Shown here: in pieces, positions 40,209 to 50,139 of the stretch | How the letters are laid out: every line of letters starts with the position of its first letter | How positions within the stretch are numbered: the stretch's first letter is position 1 | Assembly (NCBI GenBank): GCA_030704615.1 | Contig: CM060731.1 | Location: 15,128,001-15,192,000 of the forward strand | Reading direction: 5' to 3' | DNA from: Takakia lepidozioides | Lineage: Eukaryota > Plantae > Bryophyta | DNA: 64,000 bases | Notes under the pieces: generated by a model | What the model was told of the DNA's origin: nothing | The model's database searches: none | Seen by the model: the letters and a program-made list of their open reading frames with translations, nothing else | Made by a program: the position numbers and the translations under genes

Positions 40209-40540
40209 GTAACGAGATAGACGAAGAAGAATACAAGCACAAGCTCATGCGAGCTCACAAAGCTGAAGCATAAACTCATGCATATATAAACTCATCACTC
40301 AAATACAAGTCAAGCCAAGTACACCCCACGCCATGGGGAATCCACACTACGGCGCCATAAGCTAGGCGCGGTGCTCAACTCGAGAAAGATGAGCCTCCCG
40401 CGCTTGCCGTGAAGATAACCACTCCAGGGCCTAAATCTGCCTTGACCCCTGGATTGACACTTGGGTCAATCCCAAATGTCAATCGTAAAAAGCTAGCTAT
40501 TTCCTAGCTAGTTTCACACTAGTGGTCAAATAACTTGACA
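40209..40540 (-). repeat. Terminal segment B of copy 1 (PBS-proximal half of the LTR)
   Basis: Homologous to 46234-46559 and 60602-60928; the inner boundary is diverged in this copy. Confidence 0.88.
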
Positions 40541-41211
40541 CTTTCTTTCTTTCTTTCTTCATCCTTGTATTTTAGCATATAAAAGTATGTCTCCCATACT
40601 CTCTAGGTTTCTCGGCATATTTTTGCGACTTATACCCATGAGGGAAGAACAACAACGATGTTTGAATAGTACTTCAAATTATTTTGAGCAAAATCATTTG
40701 TACAATGTTCAAAATGTGAATTAATAATAACAATATACAATAAAAAGTATACTTGAAATGTACTCTTAGTACGTCTCAAGAACCTTCATAAAATGAATGG
40801 ATACCTATATTTGAAAAGTCTAAACATGAGCAAAAAACAATCACGTATGGCTAATGTGAAATGTTGAATTGGCATTGTCGATACTATCATGATCTACTTC
40901 GGACAAAATAACTATTATGATATTTAAATATTATTTCAGATCGTTTTTGAATAAAATCATGTTTTTTATTGTTTTTTATTTGTTTTTTTAACATGTTTTT
41001 ATTGTTTAAAATGTGAGATAATAATAATAGTATACAATACAAAATCTCTTGAAATTGTGTTATTAGTAAGTTTGAAGAACCTTTTCAACCAATCAAAGTG
41101 TGATGGTGTGTGTAACACAAATGTGCTAATGAGCCTGGGAGTTAGTGGGAGCTTACTTCGACAGAATGGGTTTAGTAGTTGTAAAATGATTTGGTTGTAA
41201 CGAAGAACTTC

Positions 41212-41430
41212 GTTATAATTCACTGCAGTTTCTTTATAGACTCGATGTACCTCTTTGGCGTGCCCCACCCCAACAACCAGCCTATGCATATGTACACGAG
41301 CAGTTGCAATTATGGTGATTCCTAGGCGCCACCCATGGCCTGCTTGTCAAGCTTAACTGGACCGATGCACCATTTTCAACGAATTTATTATAGATTTGAT
41401 GGTCTGGATGGTCAAAGTGATCAACAACGA
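41212..41430 (+). pseudogene. Degenerate duplicate of XTH exon 4 with its splice acceptor
   Basis: gttataattcactgcagtttc...cagcctatgcat...cttgtcaagcttaactggaccgatgcacc...gatttgatggtctggatgg...caacaacga matches 10926-11163, with indels and a stop. Confidence 0.85.
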
Positions 41431-42078
41431 TATATAAAATAAAATAAAATATAAAAAACAAAAATTTTCTTAGAACATGCCACATATCATATAGCGGCCA
41501 CCAATCACCAACAAATAAAGGTACCTAGACCTCGATCAGCCTGATCCTACGTCTGAACGGTAGAAACGCCCGCGGTTTTTTGCCACCTAGTGGGTTGGGT
41601 AGATTACACATGTGGCCGCTCACGCTACTTATGAGGAAAAAAAAAAAAAAAAAAAAAAACCCACTGTCATGAGTAGTCGCGCGTGTGCTCTTTGCTCCCG
41701 TTCTACCAACCCCCAATGTGCTACTAGCCAATTTATGCCAATTGTGTGTTCCTTCAGAGGACTCCACGATGGCAATCATATGGATGTCCTCTCATTCATC
41801 CTCCTGTTTTTGGCGAAAAAAAATAAAATAAAAAATAAAAACCCTAGATTGTTATTTGATGTAGAAGCCCAGGAAAAAGAAAGCCTTTTGGCGAAAATTC
41901 GCCAAGAAAAAATAACGTTGCTCACGGGAGCATAAAAAAAAGGAGGCGTGAGCACAAAAACACCCTGATAGGTCCCAATGTTGTCACGGAAATATAATAT
42001 GTAAAGCAACAAAATAAAGTTCATACAGTAAAGTTCATAAAGTTCAACAATATATTTACAATCTATATTATAAGTATT

Positions 42079-45000
42079 ATTTTTTCTTTTTTATTTTTTT
42101 AAACAGGGGACGACGCCCCTGAAATTTTATTAATAAATAGGAGGAAAAACTAAAACGAAGAAACCCGGAGACAGACAACCATGAGGAGGGACAAATGGGA
42201 ACATTGCCCCAGCCTAGCTATTACGTACCAGGCAGAGTCCAAGAGGATCTGCGAAGAGGAGAGGGAGCAACTGAGACTATCTAGAAGAGATGCGAAAGAA
42301 AGGTGAGCTTTGGTTTAGCCCTTCTCAGGCACTTGTGACGCCAATTCACATCCGAGTCCTCCTACTGCAAGGATTGTTGCGCACTAGTAGAGTTCCCAAC
42401 ATGGCGGGAATTTGTTGTTCCAGATAACCTCTGATTCTGATGTTCTTGAGCAGAGTTGTCCGCCTTTCCCCAGGTGTTATCAAAGCAGAGAGAAGCTGCG
42501 CCTCCTTCGTTGCGCGCATCTAGCAAAGCTGCACCCAAAACCCGCCATGCTTTCCGTGCCTCAGTCATGAGATCGGAGTGTATCCTATGCAACAATAATT
42601 TCACGCAATGTTGAGTCCTCCTATAAACCAGCGAGCATCTCCATACGCTCCAGAGTGTATGGGCCCTTAGAACTGCCCACACCGGGCAAGTGCTCCACAA
42701 CACACCACTATGTAAATTCAAAAGCAAGACAGATGCATTCGTGGAAGCCTGTGGGTTCCAAAACTGATAGAATCTACAAACCCGAGACCAAATGAACGCA
42801 GCTAGGGGACATGACACCAGGCAGTGCTCTATCGATTCATCTTGGCCTGCCTGGCATATCGAGCATAAGCCAAAGGAGCCAGGAATGAACTGGAGAACCG
42901 GAAGGATTCTATTTGCAATTTTCCTTAAAATTCCCGAGACCTTGGCAGCCCTATCTTGTCTAGCTCCAGATATCTCCCCAAATGGACTTCCAATCTGCAG
43001 GGAGGGTAGGCAGATGCCTCCACTTAGAGTTCCATTTGCTAGCGAAGAGCACTGGAGGCCGCAGGAGAGAATAAGCCAGCTTCACCTTGAACCCAAAAAA
43101 AGGGGGTATGCTTCTTCTTCTTATCCTCCAACGCCATTCAGCGGGATCAAACTGAAGCAGCCTAAGAGGAGCAGAAAGAAAGCAAATGAAAGAATCATCG
43201 TAATGCGCAAGGTTCAGGGGGGGTTCTGGATCACAAGCCCCGGAGGTAACCGAAAACACCCTAATGGGAAATAAATCGGCTTCCTGGTGAGATGCAGGGC
43301 GGGGAGAGACCAAGGCTCCGTCAGTATGCACAGAGAAATCCAACCCGAAGAGCGGGACCAGCTAACCAAGGCTCTTCTGTTGGGGGAAGCTGAAGTGCCT
43401 CCCCACACAAAGTTCCTAGTCATAGTCTGGATTTGCTTAATTATTTGAGCCCCAGGATACCAAACTGAAGCCGAGAACCAAGAAGAAGCAAGAATAACTT
43501 GATTTGCTACAATAGCTCTTCCTGTGATGGACAGATGAAGGGAAGACCAGTAAGAAAGACTCTGTTTGATCCTGGCCAGAATTGCCTCAAAACGCTAAAA
43601 ATCAGACATGCCATGCCCAATCAGGTGGCCTAACAAGGTATGTGATTGACCATCCTGTAACCAGCGTAAGCCCAAATTATCCCCCCATGGGGCAATATGC
43701 GATAGAGGAGCATCAATGGAAAGCTTCGACAGAATACCCACGGATTTCTTCCAATTAACTTTAAGGTCAGAGGCCGAGCAGAAAGATGAGAGAGCCGAGA
43801 GAGATCCTTCAATGTTAGTTGTCGAAGAGTTGTCCAACAGGAGAACAATATCGTCTGCATACATAGAGGTCTTTGACAGAGTGAGGGGCTGGCATTTAAG
43901 ATCTAGGGATTTGAAGACCCTGAATGGAGTGATCGTTGGCTAGCAAGTGGGTCAAAGAATCGGCGGCCAAAAGAAAGAGGAAGGGAGCGAGTGGGCAGCC
44001 TTGCCTCACCGACCTATGCAGCTTGAAGGATGGGGATATGACACCGTTGATCTGCACTTTGCTAGATGCAGAGAATAGCAATATTTTGACCCAGGAAAGG
44101 AAACTACCCGAGAATCCCAGCTTTTGCATAACTCCCAGCAACAGAGACCAGTCACCATTATCGAATGGGATAGATTGGAGGACCAGCTGCCTATTCACTA
44201 GAATGCCATCGGTGACAGGAGGCCGATCAAAGAGAGTACCGAAATACTCAGCTGCCGCAGCTGCCATGGACTTAGGGCTAGACAGAGGAACATTCATCCT
44301 GTTTTTTAGAGAGCAAATGGATGAAGAAGCTTGGCGTTGCCTTGATTTCTGGAAAAAGTAAGCTAACATCTTTTCACCATGCAATGACCAGTTAACCCCC
44401 GCCTTCCTTCTCATATTCTCTTCCTTGAGAGAACGGAGCTCCAAAAGGTTGCGTTTGGCTAAATGATATGAATGAAGGGTCATGGGACCAACTTTGTCTG
44501 TCTCTATGAGCCATTGGCAATGGGAGATGCATTTGAGGAGAGCTTTCTCTTTCGTGGCCCTTTCCAAAGCCAGAGCTCTAGACATGGATTGGGATAGTTT
44601 TCTAGTGGCCTCCAATTTGTGCAAGAATCTAATGGTGGGGGAATAAAAGGAATACCAGAGGTCCTCCATTCTAAAGCAAGCTTTTGAACTAGCGTGGGAG
44701 ATCGGAGAAGCACTGGATTCAGTTTAAAGAAGCCCCTACCTCTCCGATGAAGCCCAGGAGGCTTGAACACAATTGAAACCATAGCATGATCAAAGTCTAG
44801 CAGGATAGGGGCAAAGGGACAGGGCAAGCCCAAGTCGCCGAGAGAGGGGAACAATATATCCTGTCAAGTCTGGCCATGGCTAAGTCAGGAGGAGCTCTAT
44901 TATTCGACCAAGTGAATCTGAGGGAACGAAGATCAGGAAGGAAGGAATCAGATAGACCAACCGAAAAACAGAGAGAGTCCCAGGCCGATTGCTCTTCAGG

Positions 45001-46044
45001 GGAAAGGCTCTAAGCAGAGTTGCCTAGCCTATCAGCAGAACTATCCACCATGTTAAAGTCACCAGCAAGGACCCAGTTGGTAACCTGGGGGTACTTCAAA
45101 ATATTTGCTTGCAGCATATTCCAAAACAAAATACAATCCGTGGGTAAATGAGGAGCGTAGATACTGATGAAGGCCGTGGAAGGAAAAAGAGACGACGGAG
45201 AAGAGAAAGCACACTGAGCACGACCTTGCAGCCAAATCTCAACTCTATCAAAGCTGGAGGCCAGAGATGGCGCGATGAGGATTGTCGTTCCACCTCTAGT
45301 TTCCTAAACAGTAGGGTTCCACCAAGAGCTGGGGCTTGGCCAAATGGAATGCCCTAGCGAGATAATTTTCCTAGAATCTAATTTATGCTCCTGAAAAAAG
45401 ACTAAAGAATTAAAGGAAAGCAACTGAGAGGCCCAATTCCTAATTCTGCCTCTCTTAGGAACCGAAGCATCCGATCCTATTCCCCTAATATTCCAAGAAT
45501 AGAGGTTCCAGGTCATGGAGGAAGAGCTTGAAAGCCCGTGAGGTTGTCACGATCTGATGGCTGGAAATTGGTGACTTTGAACATCAGTCCGGGATGAGTT
45601 GGTAGCCTCGAAGGCATCCAATTGAATCCCGTAGGAACTGGAGCTTTCACAGAACCAACAAACCATATTGTAACACAGTCAGATTGAACACCCCCGACTC
45701 TACTGGTGTCGTTTTGAATATCCCTGATTTCGTTGCAATCCCTAAGTGACTGCAGGGGGACTCCCAAAAAAACACAAGATGAAATGAAGAGCTCTAGACA
45801 CCGGGCACGAGCGGGAGTGTCTCCACGCAGGCAGAACCAAAGAGGGGTAAGCATTTACTGCATACAGAACCCATCCATGGGAGGGAGAACAGCGTTCATA
45901 GAAGATAAAGAGTGGGATCATGAGGCTGCCAGAGCTCACCACTGGTGGGCTGGGAATGGCCAGATCCAGAGGGCCCAAGCAGAAGAAAGAATTATCGGCA
46001 TCCGGAATTGGCACTAGCGCGAGGTCGTCAGATTGCAGCGGCTT
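42079..46044 (-). mobile_element. L1/Tx1-type LINE, 3' part (end of ORF1, degenerate ORF2 APE-RT-zinc finger, 3' UTR and poly(A))
   Basis: YSWNIRG, FFQEHK, WVLAGDFNMV, DFDH, GFFKLN, RSVRQGCPLAPFLF, MYADD and HCLVSCP; AATAAA and an A-rich tail at ~42080-42135; internal deletion in the RT N-terminus. Confidence 0.9.
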
Positions 46045-46232
46045 TGTCGTGCGTATACATATCGCTACACAACTACATCGTTGTCCAAAACCACACAACA
46101 CATGTGCACACCACACACTAGTATACCACTAGTCCACCACTAGTCCAGCCACTAGTCCAACCACTAGGCTACAACTAGTTAGTCACTAGGCTGCCACTAT
46201 GCTACCCACTATGGCAGTCACTAGTCCACACA
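46045..46232 (-). repeat. Outer segment A of copy 2
   Basis: 188 bp, about 10 substitutions versus the inner A (46562-46749) by eye. Confidence 0.92.
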
Positions 46233-46233
46233 A

Positions 46234-46749
46234 TGATAAAGAAGAAGAATACAAGCACAAGCTCATGCGAGCTCACAAAGCTGAAGCATAAACTCATGCA
46301 TATATAACCTCATCACTCAAATACAAGTCAAGCCAAGTGCACCCCACGCCATGGGGAATCCACACTACGGCGCCATAGCTAGGCGCGGTGAGGCTCAACT
46401 CGAGAAAGATGAGCCTCCCACGCTTGCCGTGAAGATAACCACTCCAGGGCCTAAATCTGCCTTGACCCCTGGATTGACACTTGGGCCAATCCCAAGTGTC
46501 AATATGTAAAAGCTAGCTATTTCCTAGCTAGTTCACACTAGTGGTAAAATAACTTGACAGCTGTCGTGCGCATACATATCGCTACACAACTACATCGCTG
46601 TCCAAAACCACACAACACATGTGCATACCACTCAGTAGTATATCACTAGTCCACCACTAGTCCAGCCACTAGTCCAGCCACTAGGCTACAACTAGTCAGT
46701 CACTAGGCTGCCACTATGTTGCCCACTATGGCAGTCACTAGTCCACACA
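46234..46749 (-). repeat. Complete replication-defined LTR (A + GC + B, 516 bp) with internal palindrome GACAGCTGTC at 46556-46565
   Basis: Minus strand TGTGTGG...CGACA-GC-TGTCAAG...TTTATCA, directly preceded by the PPT AGGGGGGCG-AT. Confidence 0.88.
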
Positions 46750-46751
46750 AT

Positions 46752-46760
46752 CGCCCCCCT
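46752..46760 (-). promoter_or_regulatory. Polypurine tract of copy 2
   Basis: Minus-strand AGGGGGGCG, 2 nt before the LTR TG. Confidence 0.75.
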
Positions 46761-47009
46761 AGCTGGTGCTTAGGTCCCTCTAAGTTCAGGTAGCCACAAG
46801 ATGTGATAGTTACCATAGCCTCACTAAGTCCTCCACCACTATCCCTACTACACTCAAACTCGATAGATCAAGAGGTCAGGTGCAAGAGTTTCCTCATCGT
46901 TAGTCGCCGTCTTGCAACCTGTGAACTTGAGCCTATGATCTCGTGTATTGACTCCTATGAGCTTGGCCTCCCATGTCTTGTTAGCTGCCTCCAGTCATGT
47001 CCACTGCCA

Positions 47010-48300
47010 CTATCCCAAGCAGTGTGGACATAACCAATCTCCATCAGGAACCCTCTCAAGAGGTGGTGTCAAGCATCCCATATGCCAACCTCTTGAGCAT
47101 CGATCACACACCAGCATGGTGGCTGCCCCTTTGGCAGACCCACAGAGTATGCACCTCAAACCTGCAGGTACCACTACCAAGTTTGGGTCAACTCTACCAT
47201 CGACATTAGGAAGGTGACATGTCGCACAATTACGCACATGGTCCTTCCAAGTCATGCCATCCCGACCCTCCAAGATCAGGACCCCTGAGGGCAACACCTC
47301 TCGAACCCTCAGAATAACACGCCCTGAAGTAACATCCAGGGTCGTAGGAGCAGTCTGCTGCAAATAAACATAGTCACCAAGGCTAAACCTTCAAACCCTA
47401 GGACGATATCCTCCACCACGTATAGTGGCATACCTCAACGTATCACAGTGCTGTGCAATGGCAAGGTTCTCAAAAGCCATGGGCATGACTTTCTTGAACA
47501 ACTTTGCACGCTGACCACATGCACGAACCCACACGTCCGGATCATCAAGGTTAAGGACTTGAGCAGTGTCCCTACGAATGGCTGCAAGCAAATCCGGCTC
47601 TCGGCCAAAGAGAAGGAAATATGGTGAGAAGGAAGCAAGTGAAGCTTGTTTGCTGAACCTGTAGCCCATGGCTAACCAATGAACCTGAAGATCCCAATCT
47701 CCTAGGTGTCCCTTCTCCAAGCCATACTTGCGCAAACCCCTCTTCACCGTCTGAACAACTCTCTCTGCCAAGCCATCGGCCTCAGGATGATCCTGAGAAG
47801 TGGTGCGGTGGTCTATCAAGGCTTTATCACACAAAGCCTGAAACTCCCCCAAAAACTCTCTCTCTTGGTCCGTGAGTACCTTAGTTGGAGCACCGAATCG
47901 GCTAAGCACACGATCCAGGAAAGCATACGCAACCCCCTCACTAGCCTTGTCAGGCAATGGAACCAACTCAATCCACTTGGAGAAGTACTCCACCATCACC
48001 ATGGTGGCGCATAGTAAGTGGCAACGGTCCTGCGAAGTCAAGACTCCACCTGTAGCCCAACCCCATGATTGGTAAATGATGCAACTGTGGTGTAGGGGTG
48101 TTGAATGAAGCATGCATCCTGTTACACACCATGCACCTAGCCACGAACTGTTGCACCTTTGTATGCATTCCACGCCACCAATAATGCCCCTGCAGTAAAC
48201 TGTGAGTGCGTCGCACTCCAAAATGCCCCAACTCCTCATGGGCATGCCGCACTAACCGTGCACGCTGTGTGGGGTAAGGCACAATCCTCACCCGACCATC
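47010..48300 (-). pseudogene. DDE integrase with C-terminal PHD finger, copy 2
   Basis: HHCC finger, WSLDFAGPL, VLTDQEREF, DGLAERVVQTVK, then CILC...CDRC...WHMGC...WLCPHC (C4HC3); a frameshifting deletion near 48005 and a stop at 47391. Confidence 0.92.
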
Positions 48301-49189
48301 CTCCCATACTTGGAGTAGGTGTATCCCCTCCCACTTGAATCTCTTGGCTCGTTGTAGGATCCGATCCATCTCCTTGGCTGTCACAGTGGTTGTCGTGTCT
48401 CCAATACGGAGGTAGTCCAACACAGCTGAATCCTCATGTATATCTCTGGCACCACCTGGCTCATCACTAGCCTCAGGGTCCTTAGATACTCCGTCTACAG
48501 TCATCCCTGTTGTAGGTCCAACCTGACCTCCCGATGCCAAGATACACAAAAAGGCAGATGCATGCCATCCCGCCACCATTTCCTCGTCCATCTCACCATG
48601 CCACCGAGCTCCAATGTCATCCTGCTAGCTCGTGCATGGATTGCGATTCAATCCATCCGCATCCCTATTGACCAAACCCGGTCGATGCACAACCTGAACA
48701 TGTCTTTCATGCTCCTCCACCGTAGTACAAAATGCAAAGCAATTCCTGTAAGCCTCAGGAACCGCCATATACGTCGTCTCTCTCCTCTAGTGACAATAGG
48801 TCCAATGTCAAGCTCCCAATTGCCCTTCGTAACTGCAACCTTAAGTCCAGCAAACTTAGAGGTAGAGGACGCGTCCCGTGGTTGCTATGCCGCAACCTCT
48901 TGAGCAGTACTCCCTGCCTGCTCAGTCAATGACAAGGCCTCATCCTGCCCCATCATCTCATCCTCAAGGACTTCCTCCACTCGAGAAAAATCCCCAGCCT
49001 CATCCATCACCGCTACCTTGGCTGCCAACTCCCTCTGAACCTCGAGCACCTCCCATGTCTATCATGGATGCCTGCACCCCGTGGTCCTCACATGCTCGCC
49101 CCCACTCACTGCCTGTACCGTCTCGGTAGGCAGAGAGACCATCGAGGGAAGTGTACTCCGCGCTCTGCGTTGCTCAGCCATAGCCAAGC

Positions 49190-50135
49190 TGATAATCCAG
49201 GTCAAGCAATTGAGATCCATTGCTTGCCCCAACACCTGACGACGTGATGCCTCAGAAAGAGACGACACCGCCGTGGTACCAGTGGTAAAACCCATCGCCC
49301 GTTCACGCTTGTCAGCATTAGGCTCCACTAACTGCTGCAACTGAGCATCCCACAGGAGGCCAGGTCCACTATCCCGGAAAGCATCGATCCTGGGAAGCTG
49401 AGCAGTGTAGGTATTGTTGCTTGTGAGTGACCACCCTGTTGACCGCTGCCAAAGGTAAACGGTCATCGTGTCTCACACACTGAGACTGCCTCCATGTGTC
49501 CAAAATGCTATCCACTATGAGGTGTGCTGGCCGCTGCACCCCATCAAATGCACGCTTGAGCAGTGCGGGTGACATCAAGTTAGTTCACTATAGCCGTGGA
49601 CAATGAGCCCGTGACCTCACTGTAGCTGCATCCAGCAACACTGCTGACCCAAGCCACGACCGGACTTGATGCACACTGGCTATCACCCTGGCCCGAGAAT
49701 CGCCCATCAGTGGCACATTCTCCAAGATGTATGTTGGAGATACAGCTTGATGAAGCTGCAAGTGGCACAAAACCCGCACCGTCTCCCAAAATAGACCCGA
49801 TCTCGAATCTCGCAATCCATTGTCATGCCCGCCTGATGAATGTCCTTGGCAGGGCCAACCTGCCACTACCAGATCAATGGAGCCAACCCGCTCCAAATCA
49901 TGCGCCCCCAGTAACGAAATGTCTGTTGGCAAGGCCTGCTGATATCCACGAACTGAAGACACCGGCAACAACTCAGGGTACCACTGCACCAACTGAGCAA
50001 CATGACGAAGTGAAACGCGTGGTGCAGTCTCATCCCTCTCCACATATAGGTAACGTCGAACTCGTAGACCTGCCTGTAACACAACAGCCAATCCGGTGTT
50101 GATCCCGCCAAACAAGTCCAGAAGACAAATGTCTT
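49190..50135 (-). pseudogene. DNMT3-like C5 cytosine methyltransferase domain, copy 2
   Basis: Same motifs as copy 1 (DLFGGINTG, AGWPCQGHS, ENV, RAHCPRL, RERAMGF, LGQAMD); both Trp codons after motif VIII are now stops (~49585-49590). Confidence 0.92.
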
Positions 50136-50139
50136 CATC

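Larger units (their letters stand above)
30953..40540 (-). mobile_element. Ty3/gypsy-type retrotransposon copy 1 (gag-PR-DNMT-[RT/RH deleted]-IN-PHD) with permuted half-LTR ends (B...internal...A)
   Basis: Termini TGTCGTG...CTTGACA on the plus strand, flanked by CTTT on both sides (inside a CTTT microsatellite); colinear with copy 2 throughout. Confidence 0.93.

Noticed and set aside
46045-46559. Independent solo LTR or TRIM next to copy 2
   Set aside because: It has no TSD of its own; the GCTT TSD and the restored LINE frame enclose it with the whole element, and its half order is permuted relative to the PPT/PBS-defined LTR.
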